NCBI GenBank assembly: GCA_902570265.1 | Contig: CACFXF010000009.1 | Span: forward strand, 1,231 to 65,230 | Origin: an uncultured Alphaproteobacteria bacterium | Lineage (GTDB): Bacteria; Pseudomonadota; Alphaproteobacteria; Rhodobacterales; Rhodobacteraceae | DNA: 64,000 bases | Direction of reading: 5' to 3' | Notes under the pieces: generated by a model | Told to the model about the DNA's origin: nothing | What the model saw: the letters and a program-made list of their open reading frames with translations, nothing else | The model's database searches: none | Position numbers and translations under genes: made by a program | Shown: positions 53,804-63,914 of the stretch, piece after piece | Layout: each line of letters opens with the position of its first letter | How positions within the stretch are numbered: position 1 is the first letter of the stretch

Positions 53804-56500
53804 TTAATTTAATCTATCGATTGCTTTTAATTTTGTGTCTATTTCAGTAACTAAAATAGAACTTCTTATTCTTATTTTATCAACAACATCTTTTGGAGCT
53901 TTTTCTAGAAAGATTTTATTTTTAAGTTTATTATTTAACATAATTTGTTCGGATTTAAGTTTTTTGTAAGTTTTGTCTAACCTAGACTTTTCTTTAGATA
54001 TATCAATTAAATTTTCTAATGGAATAAAGCACTCAATACCTGGAATAGTTATATTTATAGACCCACTTTGTATTAAAATTTCATGCTCAATACTTTCCAC
54101 TCTTGCAAGTCGTTTAATTATAATTTCATTATTCTTCAAACACTGAAGAAATTTCTTATTTAAACTTACAATTTTAAGGTTAATTTTTAGGCTAGCAGGA
54201 ATATTTACTTCAGATCTAGCAGATCGAATTTCTTGTATTAAATCAATCAACCAATTTATTTCTTTTTGAGATTCATCATCACTATGAAGTACATTTGGGA
54301 AATCAGGCCATGTTTCATGCACAATCATATTTTTACGATTTTTATTCTGCTGCCAAATTTCTTCAGTAATAAAAGGCATGAAAGGATGTAACATAATTAA
54401 ACATTGATCTAATACCCATGCAAATGTTAGTTGAGTTTCTTTCTTTAATTTGACATTATCTCCAGAAAAAAGCGACTTTGAAAATTCAATATACCAATCA
54501 CAAAACTTTGACCAAACATGACTATATAAATGATTTGCTGCATCATTAAAACGGAAAGTTTCTATAGCACTATCAACTTCTCTTTTTAGATCAGTAGTTT
54601 GAAAAATAATCCATTTATTTATGCTATTTGTTACAGTATTTGGGTTAAAATTGGTTGAAGACTCACAATTATTTAATTGTGCATACCTTGCAGCATTCCA
54701 AATTTTTGTTCCGAAGTTCCTATAACCTACAACCCGGTCAGTTGATAATCTTAGATCTCTACCCATCGCAGCCATTGAAGACAAAGTGAAACGAACAGCA
54801 TCAGCTCCATATTTATCAATTAATTCTAGCGGATCTAAAACGTTACCGAGAGATTTAGACATTTTTTTTCCTTTTTCATCCCTTACTAAAGCGTGTACAT
54901 AAACTTTTTTAAATGGAACGTTATCAACTAAAACCAATTGCATCATCATCATCCTAGCCACCCAAAAAAACAAAATGTCAAATCCAGTGACTAAAACACT
55001 TGTAGGAAAATATTTATCGAGTTCACTATTGTTATTAGGCCACCCTAATGTTGCGATTGGCCATATTCCAGATGAAAACCATGTATCTAAAACATCAGTA
55101 TCTCTAACCAATTTTTTATTACCAGATATTTCTTGAGCTTTTTTTTCTGATAAAGCACAATAATAATTCCCATTCTCATCATACCAAACAGGGATCTGGT
55201 GACCCCACCATAATTGCCGACTAATGCACCAGGGTTCAATATTTTCCAACCAATTAAGATAAGTCTTAACATCTCTTTTTGGATAAATTTTTGTCCTGCC
55301 ATCCTTTACTGCATCAATAGCTGGTTGAACAATTTTTTTTGTATCCACGAACCACTGTTTTGTTAAAAAAGGTTCAACTACTACTTTTGATCTATCACCA
55401 AATGGTTGAATAATTTTCTTTTGCTCTGTTTTAAGTAAAAAACTGCCTTTATCTAATTCCTCTAAAAGCATTTCCCTTGCTTTAAATCTTTCAAGTCCCC
55501 TATATTTCTGAGGAATGAAATCCTCGTTAAGTAGGCAAGCTGATTCATCCATTAATTTAAAAAATTCCAATTTATGTTTTTTTGCTACGTTGTAATCATT
55601 AAAATCATGTGCCCCAGTTATTTTAACAGCTCCTGATCCAAAATTTGGATCAGCAAATTCATCAGCTATTATTGGAATAGATCTATTCGCAATTGGAATA
55701 ATTACTTCTTTACCAACAATATTTTTATATCTTTCGTCATTAGGATTTACAGCAATTGCACCATCACCAAGCATAGTTTCTGGTCTAGTTGTAGCAATCG
55801 AAATGTAACTCCTATTATCTTTAAAACTTATTTTACCATTTTCATCAAGTTCAAGATAATCATAATTCTCGCCATTTTTTAGAGGATATTTTATGTGCCA
55901 AAAATATCCATCAACCTCAATATTCTCAACTTCTAAATCAGAGATAGCTGTTTTAAAGTGTGGATCCCAATTAACTAACCTTTCACCTTTGTAGATATAT
56001 CCCATTTCGTACATTTTCACAAAGGCAGTAAGGACTGAATTTTGAAAATCAGTATCCATTGTAAAACGATTTCTTTCCCAATCACAAGAGGCTCCTAATC
56101 TTTTTAATTGTTCAATTATCATTCCACCACTTTGAGCTTTCCATTCCCAAATTTTTTCTAGAAATTTTTCTCTACCAATTTCCTCTCTTGAAACACCCTC
56201 TTTTTTCTCTAAATCTCTCTCAACAACCATTTGAGTTGCGATGCCTGCATGATCTTGGCCAGGCTGCCATAAAGTATCAAATCCACGCATTCTGTGCCAA
56301 CGTACTAAAATATCTTGGATAGTATTATTGAAAGCATGTCCCATATGTAAATTACCTGTTACATTGGGTGGTGGAATTACTATTGAAAAGGGAAAGCTAG
56401 ATGATTTTTTCGAATGAATACCTGCACGAAAAGAATTTGTTTCTTCCCATTTTTTAAGCAACCGAGCTTCAACTTCTGTGTGTTTAAAAGTTTTTTCCAT
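53804..56500 (-). CDS. valS: Valyl-tRNA synthetase
   Basis: It is 898 aa with PPPNVTGNLHMGHA, KMSKSLGN and a C-terminal coiled coil. Confidence 0.95.
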   Translation of the reverse strand: MEKTFKHTEVEARLLKKWEETNSFRAGIHSKKSSSFPFSIVIPPPNVTGNLHMGHAFNNTIQDILVRWHRMRGFDTLWQPGQDHAGIATQMVVERDLEKKEGVSREEIGREKFLEKIWEWKAQSGGMIIEQLKRLGASCDWERNRFTMDTDFQNSVLTAFVKMYEMGYIYKGERLVNWDPHFKTAISDLEVENIEVDGYFWHIKYPLKNGENYDYLELDENGKISFKDNRSYISIATTRPETMLGDGAIAVNPNDERYKNIVGKEVIIPIANRSIPIIADEFADPNFGSGAVKITGAHDFNDYNVAKKHKLEFFKLMDESACLLNEDFIPQKYRGLERFKAREMLLEELDKGSFLLKTEQKKIIQPFGDRSKVVVEPFLTKQWFVDTKKIVQPAIDAVKDGRTKIYPKRDVKTYLNWLENIEPWCISRQLWWGHQIPVWYDENGNYYCALSEKKAQEISGNKKLVRDTDVLDTWFSSGIWPIATLGWPNNNSELDKYFPTSVLVTGFDILFFWVARMMMMQLVLVDNVPFKKVYVHALVRDEKGKKMSKSLGNVLDPLELIDKYGADAVRFTLSSMAAMGRDLRLSTDRVVGYRNFGTKIWNAARYAQLNNCESSTNFNPNTVTNSINKWIIFQTTDLKREVDSAIETFRFNDAANHLYSHVWSKFCDWYIEFSKSLFSGDNVKLKKETQLTFAWVLDQCLIMLHPFMPFITEEIWQQNKNRKNMIVHETWPDFPNVLHSDDESQKEINWLIDLIQEIRSARSEVNIPASLKINLKIVSLNKKFLQCLKNNEIIIKRLARVESIEHEILIQSGSINITIPGIECFIPLENLIDISKEKSRLDKTYKKLKSEQIMLNNKLKNKIFLEKAPKDVVDKIRIRSSILVTEIDTKLKAIDRLN

Positions 56501-56522
56501 TATTATAATTCTATCATATGGT

Positions 56523-56852
56523 TTATTTAGAAAATTTTTTTTCTATTTCTTCTATTGCAATTTCTCTTATAATTTTCTTCAACTCATTTAAATTTAGTTG
56601 AATTTTTTCTAAATCTTTTTCTGAGTCTTCAGAAATTAATTGATCACTTCTTAAATATAAGATGTTATTGGCATCTAAATTCTCTTCGTCAAATTTATGC
56701 AACTCATTTGACACAAAATTTTCAATTTTTTCAGTTTTATCTCTCAAATCTTTTTTATTATTTAATGATTTACCAATGGATTTAGAAACCTTTGATCCTT
56801 TTTGTATTGAAGAAACTGTAGGATTATTTATTTTTTTTTGTTCATTAGGCAA
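56523..56852 (-). CDS. Hypothetical charged protein, 109 aa (possibly DUF2497/PopZ-position protein)
   Basis: It has low-complexity K/E/N-rich sequence with a C-terminal amphipathic LNELKKIIREIAIEEIEKKF. It sits between tolC and valS. Confidence 0.45.
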   Translation of the reverse strand: MPNEQKKINNPTVSSIQKGSKVSKSIGKSLNNKKDLRDKTEKIENFVSNELHKFDEENLDANNILYLRSDQLISEDSEKDLEKIQLNLNELKKIIREIAIEEIEKKFSK

Positions 56853-56928
56853 TTAATTATATCCTGGTACTAAAATTAAGTTTAGAAATATATATTCATT
56901 ATGTTTTTAAATTAAATAAATTTTAAAA

Positions 56929-58233
56929 TTAGTTTATTTTTGGAACTGACATATTTAATTTTTTTAAATTAAGTTCACCAGTAGCAGCTAATAAAGAAAA
57001 CCTTGCATATGTATGTTCCCTTTCAGCAGAAGCAAGCTGAGTTCTGGCATCTAAAAGACTTTGCTCTGCGTTAATTACATCAAGAGTAGTTCTAGTGCCT
57101 AATTTTTCTTCAACTACAACACCATCATATGCTAAACTTGAGGCTTCTACTTGTTGTTTTCTAGCCTCTATACTTGCTTTTGAAACCAAGACATTTGACC
57201 AAGCTAAGGCGATTTCTTGTTCAACTAATCTCTTTACCAATAATGTACTTTCCTTTTGTGCTTTATAATTTATTTTAGCTTGATTAATTTCACTATCAAT
57301 TCTTCCTGAATTAAATATTGGTATAGAGCCTTCTAATCTAAATGTTACTGAATTGCTATTTCCCGATGAGCTATTATAACCATTTGAAAAAATTGACTTG
57401 AAACTAATTAAAGGAGATTTTTGACTTTTAGCAATGTCAATTCTAATTCTAGCAATTTGTTCTTCAATTTTAGCAGCTATAATTTTTGTATGGGTTTTTA
57501 ATGAATTTTGTTTGGCAATTTCTAAAGACGAAGGTAATTTAAAATTGGTTTTAATATTCATTAATTTATAAGGCTTAATTCCCACTAAACTTAAAAACAA
57601 TTCACTACTAATTTTAAGTGAACCAACTTTTGCTGTAAGATTAGCTTTTGCAGCAGCTAGTGCAGATTCAGCTTGAGAAACATCAGTTCTAGTAACTTCT
57701 CCTAGTTGAAATCGATCTCTTATTTCAAGAAACTGTCGCTCAAGAACTGCAACATTGTTATTACTTAACTCAACAAATTTTTGGTCACGCAAAACATTTA
57801 AATAAGAATTAATAGTATCTAATAATACTTTTTGTTCTAATTCATGCAATTGCAATTTTGCAATTTTATATAAAGATTCATCTATAAGAACTTTACTTTT
57901 GGACAAATTTCCATCTGATATATTGTAACTACCAGTTAAAGAACTTGAGTAACTATCACTTTTTGAAGTTTCATTAATATTCCAACCTCTAGATCCATTA
58001 ATTGATGCTGAAAAATTTAATCCTAATGCAGACTTCGAAATATCAATCGCAGTTTTAGAAGATTGCAGTTGAGTTCTTGATAATAAAAGCTGTTTATTAG
58101 TTGAAAAAGTTAATCTTAAAACTTCATCTAATGTATCAGCGTTCAAATATGGACTTAAGGCCAAAAAACACCATAACATTATTAGCCATATTTTAAATAA
58201 ATTTAATTTTATTTTTTTCAACACATCTATCAT
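56929..58233 (-). CDS. tolC: TolC-family outer membrane efflux protein
   Basis: It is 434 aa with a signal peptide. It has two internally repeated coiled-coil/beta halves and many Q/A/L heptads typical of TolC. Confidence 0.85.
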   Translation of the reverse strand: MIDVLKKIKLNLFKIWLIMLWCFLALSPYLNADTLDEVLRLTFSTNKQLLLSRTQLQSSKTAIDISKSALGLNFSASINGSRGWNINETSKSDSYSSSLTGSYNISDGNLSKSKVLIDESLYKIAKLQLHELEQKVLLDTINSYLNVLRDQKFVELSNNNVAVLERQFLEIRDRFQLGEVTRTDVSQAESALAAAKANLTAKVGSLKISSELFLSLVGIKPYKLMNIKTNFKLPSSLEIAKQNSLKTHTKIIAAKIEEQIARIRIDIAKSQKSPLISFKSIFSNGYNSSSGNSNSVTFRLEGSIPIFNSGRIDSEINQAKINYKAQKESTLLVKRLVEQEIALAWSNVLVSKASIEARKQQVEASSLAYDGVVVEEKLGTRTTLDVINAEQSLLDARTQLASAEREHTYARFSLLAATGELNLKKLNMSVPKIN

Positions 58234-58259
58234 ACAAAACTTATTTTAATCATATATTG

Positions 58260-58910
58260 TTAGAAAATGAATCTTTTCTCAATAGAAAAATCACCTAATA
58301 ATGGAGCATAAGCATCAAAACCGTAATTCCAGTCAATACTATTTGTTTTTTTTATACCTAATCTACATTCTCCTTTACCACCTTCCAGAAAAATTGCTAC
58401 TATTCTACCACCTTTTTTAACTTGTTCTTGAATATTCAAAGGAATAGTTTCGACTCCACCTTGTATAATTAAAGCATCAACCTTTTCTTCATAATTTATT
58501 CCATCTGAAAGACTTCCTTCATAAATTACAGTATTTTCAATAGAAGTTTCCGAGAGAAGTTTTTGTGCACTTTTAAAGAAGAATTCTTCTTCTAAGGCAA
58601 TAACTACCTCTGCTATTTGAGATAGTATTGCAGATGAATATCCTAATCCACAACCTATATCTAACACTAAATCATTAGAATTAACTCTTAATAATTCTAG
58701 CATTTTTGCAAAAATTCTTGGTTCTAATAAGTATCTGTCTTTTCCTAAAAAAATGTTGGTTTCACCGTAAGCAATTGAAGCATATTCATCAGGAACAAAT
58801 TTTTCACGAGCAACCATTGATAGTGCTTGTAAAATTGAATAATTAGTAACATCAGCAGTTCTTATTTGACAATCAACCATTTCTTTTCTTGCTTTAGAGA
58901 AATCAAACAT
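58260..58910 (-). CDS. pcm: Protein-L-isoaspartate O-methyltransferase family protein
   Basis: The start was chosen at MFDFSKARKEMVDCQIR. The SAM motif is VLDIGCGLGYSS. Confidence 0.75.
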   Translation of the reverse strand: MFDFSKARKEMVDCQIRTADVTNYSILQALSMVAREKFVPDEYASIAYGETNIFLGKDRYLLEPRIFAKMLELLRVNSNDLVLDIGCGLGYSSAILSQIAEVVIALEEEFFFKSAQKLLSETSIENTVIYEGSLSDGINYEEKVDALIIQGGVETIPLNIQEQVKKGGRIVAIFLEGGKGECRLGIKKTNSIDWNYGFDAYAPLLGDFSIEKRFIF

Positions 58911-59076
58911 CCAATCCCCATGATTTATTATAGAATAATATATGGCATATGTAACAAATAGTATCAATATTAGTTATATTTTAATTAGTAATTTTTTAAA
59001 AAAACCTATTAATAAATTTTTTATCTTTTACAGACCTTGTATTTGTTTTATCAAATGCTATTAATTAAATGGTTTT

Positions 59077-59150
59077 GGCGTGTTGGCAGAGTGGTGATGC
59101 AGCGGATTGCAAATCCGTAAACACGTGTTCGATTCACGTACACGCCTCCA
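59077..59150 (+). tRNA. tRNA-Cys (GCA)
   Basis: The acceptor is GGCGTGT/ACACGCC. The anticodon arm is GCGGA-TTGCAAA-TCCGT. The T arm is ACGTG-TTCGATT-CACGT. The discriminator is T and CCA is encoded. Confidence 0.9.
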
Positions 59151-59520
59151 AATTAAGAATATTCTCTCTACTTATTACCTTTTAAAAAGTTATGTACTAG
59201 GTCAAACCTAAAATATAATTTAAAGGTAAATATTATTCATTATTTAAACCCTCCCTTTTATAGATATAAGTAGTACAATCGAAAATTAGGTAAGAACAGA
59301 ACCTACTTTCACAATTTTATGATCAATATGTCTCTCCTTTTTAAAAACCTAATCTATAGTAGAGGTTTTATATACGTACCTATTTACGTGGATTAACACT
59401 TGAGTAGATTTATATCTTTTTTTTAAGTGTTAATTTAAATCAAGAGAAAAGAACATTTTTGTTTTTATTTATTTAATTACTTGTATAATTTCATAGAAAT
59501 AATTATAGTATCAAACTACT

Positions 59521-62262
59521 ATGAAGTTTTTTTTTATAAATTTGATAGTTGTCTTTTTATCATCAAAATTTTTGTTTGCAGAACAATTAGTAAGACAAGC
59601 GCAAAGTTACCTTTTAATCTCAGGGTTTGATGTTGGTAATGTAGACGGTATAATAGGACCAAAAACCATTAAAGCATTAAAAAAAGCTTATAGTTTAGAC
59701 GAAATAAACAATAATTATAAAATCAAAAAATCAGATATTAAAGAATTAAGATATTTATATTTTAAAAGAAAATTTGAACAATGGTCACAACAACCTCATT
59801 TGAATAAAAAAATGAGTATTTCTGATGCTAGACATCTTTTAGAGCGAACGGGTATCGGTGCTAATTATATTGAAATATTAAGATTCTCAAATTTAAGTCG
59901 TGCAGAAGGTATATTTCATATTTTAAAAAATTTTAATACTTTTCCTCAATATAAGCCTCCTAATTTTATTTATGAAGAATTACCTGAATACTGGATCAGG
60001 TGGGATTATGATGAACCAGATCGACAATCATTTCGAGTTGCTAGAGATAATGAGATATATCAACTAAAGAACTGGTGGATAAAAGAAATGATTTCAACTC
60101 CCTATCCACAAAATGAAAGATTATTACTGTTTTGGACAAATCATTTTCCTGTTGAATATTCATCTATTTCAGAAGAATCCATTTCTATTGCCAGACAACA
60201 TTTAATGTTCAGAGAAAATGGCTTTGGAAATTTTAAAGTTCTTGTAAAAGAAATTATAAGAGATCCAGCCATGCTTAATTATTTAGATGCTGAAAGTAGT
60301 AAGAAGGGTGCACCTAATGAAAATTTAGGAAGAGAATTAATGGAATTGTTTGTTTTAGGTGAAGGGAATTATACTGAAAAAACAGTAAAAGAGGCGTCTA
60401 GAGCATTAACTGGCTACAGATATAATAGACTTAGAGATTTTGAAGTTAATTTTAGTAGAGCACATTGGGCTCACGATAAAAAACAAAAGTCTCTTTTGGG
60501 TAAAAAAGGTAATTTTGATGGAGACGATTTAATTGATATTTTATTTCTTGAACCTGAAGCGGCAACTTTTTTAACAAAAAAATTCTGGAAGTATTATATT
60601 TCTGAGACCTTCGAAAATGAAGACGAAGTTGAAAAAATAGCAGAAAGATTTAAAAAATCTGATTTCGAAGTTCCTGTTTTATTATCAGAAATTATTTCAT
60701 CTGAAAGCTTTTGGGATATTAAATATCGTGGAACAATTATTAAATCTCCAGTCGATCTTGTAATTGGAACAATAAGGTCAACTGGTTTTCTTCCATTGGG
60801 TTGGCAAAGAATACCAGGTGTCCTAGCAAATTTAGGTCAAAATATATTTGAACCTCCAAATGTGGGCGGATGGTCAAGAGGATCTTCATGGATTACACCT
60901 GCTAGATTATTGAATAGAAATAAGTTTTTAGCAAACTTTTTTGATAATGAAGGTACTTCATTAATTGATTTAGATAAAAATGATCCTGAAATAACTATGT
61001 CTAGAAATGATAATCTTATATTAAGATATGGTGCTGAAAATTTTGAAGGTCCCCCAAAATTTAAAATCATGCTATTAGAAAAACAAAATAATCCTTATCA
61101 AAATAAACTTAAATGGAAATCACCTATAATTTATGCAAAAAATGGTCATGATACAGAATTATTTGGAAGAGTTAATGGAGAAGAGATACCTTGGACAATA
61201 CAAACTTTTGATATTAATCCTAATATTGAATTCAACAAGGTTTCTGTTCATTTTGTTAATGATCATTGCTGTGGTCCAGGAGGACCTGATGGAGGCGATC
61301 GAAATTTCTTCTTAGATTGGATAAAAATTGGAAAATATTTATTTTTAGCAAAAGATGGTAGACAAAAATCTAATTGTCCTAACAACAACAATAATCCTGG
61401 ATTTTTGTATTGCAGTGGTAATGTCACTATGGATATCAATAAATCAATTAAGATTGAAAATAATAAGAAAGTTAATGATGTGGAAAATAAGAAAGATCAA
61501 TTAATCTTAGAAAGGGTTGCTTTTGACTGGGGAGAAAAATACAGTGAAAATGACAATTGGAATGAGATTAATATTTCACTCTTAAACGTAAAGTTCAATT
61601 CTCATTATCAATCAGGTATTAAATTAAAAATTGTTCATGATCCAAATCGAGATTTTAAAATTGTGTTAACAAGTGATAATTGTTCCGAATCTTGTATTTC
61701 TGGAGTTTGGCCAAAATCAACTTTTACTTGGGAAGCAGGAAGAGTAAAAGTACTAGAGTTTTCAATTGGCCCCAAAGAAAACTCTTCACAAAAAAAACAT
61801 TTTAATGAACTGAACAAGTACGACCAAAAGTTTATTTCAGCATTATGGACGGCTATACCTTCTTTGTTGAAAAAAATGCAAGCTGGTAGAAATTTTAAAG
61901 AAAGAAATGGTAAAGATATTTTATATAGTTGGCAAAACGTAATTGAAAAAATGTATAATCAATTAGAAAAATCTAAATATGTACAAAACAATAATTTTCC
62001 TAAGGTTCTTTTTGTTTCGAATAATAAAAAGAAATCTGAAGGAATGATGTCCATGGCGATGTCTTCTATCAATCAAGACATACCAATTCCTGCTTCAATG
62101 AAACTGAATAAAGATTTAAATGAGTGGCAGACATCCCTTAACAATTCTATTGGTTATATAAATATCAAATCAGCAATTTTAGCTGATAATCCAGTTACTT
62201 TATTAAATAATCAATTATCACCAAAAAACCTTATTACGAATCCAGTATTTCATCTTAAGTAA
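59521..62262 (+). CDS. DUF1800 family protein with an N-terminal peptidoglycan-binding domain and a roughly 430-aa C-terminal extension
   Basis: It has a signal peptide. The PG_binding_1-like segment is QAQSYLLISGFDVGNVDGIIGPKTIKALKKAY. The DUF1800 core is LLERTGIGA and NENLGRELMELFVLGEGNYTEKTVKEASRALTGY. The extension carries HFVNDHCCGPGGPDGGDRNFFLDWIKIG, a CBM-like motif. Confidence 0.75.
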   Translation: MKFFFINLIVVFLSSKFLFAEQLVRQAQSYLLISGFDVGNVDGIIGPKTIKALKKAYSLDEINNNYKIKKSDIKELRYLYFKRKFEQWSQQPHLNKKMSISDARHLLERTGIGANYIEILRFSNLSRAEGIFHILKNFNTFPQYKPPNFIYEELPEYWIRWDYDEPDRQSFRVARDNEIYQLKNWWIKEMISTPYPQNERLLLFWTNHFPVEYSSISEESISIARQHLMFRENGFGNFKVLVKEIIRDPAMLNYLDAESSKKGAPNENLGRELMELFVLGEGNYTEKTVKEASRALTGYRYNRLRDFEVNFSRAHWAHDKKQKSLLGKKGNFDGDDLIDILFLEPEAATFLTKKFWKYYISETFENEDEVEKIAERFKKSDFEVPVLLSEIISSESFWDIKYRGTIIKSPVDLVIGTIRSTGFLPLGWQRIPGVLANLGQNIFEPPNVGGWSRGSSWITPARLLNRNKFLANFFDNEGTSLIDLDKNDPEITMSRNDNLILRYGAENFEGPPKFKIMLLEKQNNPYQNKLKWKSPIIYAKNGHDTELFGRVNGEEIPWTIQTFDINPNIEFNKVSVHFVNDHCCGPGGPDGGDRNFFLDWIKIGKYLFLAKDGRQKSNCPNNNNNPGFLYCSGNVTMDINKSIKIENNKKVNDVENKKDQLILERVAFDWGEKYSENDNWNEINISLLNVKFNSHYQSGIKLKIVHDPNRDFKIVLTSDNCSESCISGVWPKSTFTWEAGRVKVLEFSIGPKENSSQKKHFNELNKYDQKFISALWTAIPSLLKKMQAGRNFKERNGKDILYSWQNVIEKMYNQLEKSKYVQNNNFPKVLFVSNNKKKSEGMMSMAMSSINQDIPIPASMKLNKDLNEWQTSLNNSIGYINIKSAILADNPVTLLNNQLSPKNLITNPVFHLK

Positions 62263-62266
62263 ATTT

Positions 62267-63436
62267 ATGAACAGAAGAAAAATAATTAAAGCATTTTTAA
62301 GTGGATTAATCTTACCATTAGTTCCGATCAAAATTGATGCAGCGGCCAAAAAATCAGGTAGAAGATTAATTTTAATTGAGCTTTCTGGTGCCAACGATGG
62401 TCTAAATACTGTTATACCTTATTCTGATGATCGTTACTACGGTTTGAGACCTGAGTTAGCAATAAAAAAAGATGATAGTATAAGTATAACAGATGATTTT
62501 TCCCTACATTCAGCTTTAAAAAATTTAGTTAACGTTTTTGAAGATAATGATTTGGCAATAATTCATGGTTTAGGCTACCCTGGAGCTAATAGATCACACT
62601 TTAAATCAATTGCTCTTTGGGAAACTGGTGGAGATGGTTCAGCAAGTGGAAGGTCAGGTTGGTTAACAGAAGACATTGAAGACTTAATGGGCGATAAACA
62701 CTTAGACGCTCATGGGATAAGTCTTGACGGTGGTATGGGAGTGTTTACTTCTCCAGATGGTATATGGTTATCAATGACATCAGCTAATCAATTTCTACAG
62801 CTTAGTGAAAACCAATTTGTTTTGTCTGAGAAAACTAAAAATCCATCTCTTAATTTACTTTTAAATAGGGCTTTAGATTTAAATACATCTATGGAGAGAA
62901 TATCACAAAAACTTTCAGCGTCTTTTAAATATCCAAAATCAAGAGTAAATGCTGGTGATTTAGGACGTCAATTATCCTCAGCTGCAAGATTAATTGCAGC
63001 TGGCATAAATACTCCAATTTTTAAGGTTAAAATTAATGGTTTTGATACTCATGAAAACCAGCTTTGGCGTCATAATGATTTACTCAGAAATCTAGGTAAT
63101 GCGATCTCTGGTTTTAAAAAGCAAATGGTTGAATTAGGAGAATGGGAAAATACTTTGGTTTTTACATATTCTGAGTTTGGAAGAAGAGCAATTGAAAACT
63201 TTAATAGTGGGACTGATCATGGAACTGCTGCACCACACTTTTTAATAGGCGGTAAAGTAAATGGAGGTATTTATGGTAAACATCCTGACCTAGGTAATCT
63301 TATAGAAGGAGACATGAGGTATACTTTAGATTATAGAGCGATTTATGAATTAATTTTAGGCAAATGGTTTTCAATTCAGGATAATAAATTTAAGTCATAT
63401 AGATCTGACAACTTAAATAAAAAATTAATACTGTAA
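62267..63436 (+). CDS. DUF1501 family (sulfatase/phosphatase-fold) protein with a Tat-like signal
   Basis: The N-terminus is MNRRKIIKAFLSG. INGFDTHENQ and SEFGRRAIENFNSGTDHGTAAPHFLIGGKVNGGIYG are DUF1501 hallmarks. Confidence 0.8.
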   Translation: MNRRKIIKAFLSGLILPLVPIKIDAAAKKSGRRLILIELSGANDGLNTVIPYSDDRYYGLRPELAIKKDDSISITDDFSLHSALKNLVNVFEDNDLAIIHGLGYPGANRSHFKSIALWETGGDGSASGRSGWLTEDIEDLMGDKHLDAHGISLDGGMGVFTSPDGIWLSMTSANQFLQLSENQFVLSEKTKNPSLNLLLNRALDLNTSMERISQKLSASFKYPKSRVNAGDLGRQLSSAARLIAAGINTPIFKVKINGFDTHENQLWRHNDLLRNLGNAISGFKKQMVELGEWENTLVFTYSEFGRRAIENFNSGTDHGTAAPHFLIGGKVNGGIYGKHPDLGNLIEGDMRYTLDYRAIYELILGKWFSIQDNKFKSYRSDNLNKKLIL

Positions 63437-63914
63437 GATTTTATATTGACCAATAAAAGAAAAAAGGATTGAATATTTTTACTTCAAGTCACGAATAAAA
63501 CTAATAGAATTATCTAGTAGTAAAATAATATAAATATTCTCTAAGGATACTTGCACCTATTTTTTTGTATTTACTAAGATTAGAAATCTTATCCTGATAT
63601 AACTCTTGTTTTAAAAAGTTTTTGAAGGGATAGCAATGAATACTATAGATATTGTCATCGTGTCATGTAAAGCCTCCAGCTACTATCAGTCACCCTTGCA
63701 GCCTTAAAAATAGACTTCTACTACGTAGATCATAATTCAATTACATAGATATTAGTGGAGTTTCTAGGCGCATAACTTTATGGCGGAGTAAAGTGTTGCA
63801 CTGATTTTATATAAGACTACTGAACTCAATTATTTTAATTATTAAAACTTCATATATTCAGTGAAATGGTATATTAGGACATTTAAATTGTTTAAATTTG
63901 ACAGTAGTGATGTG

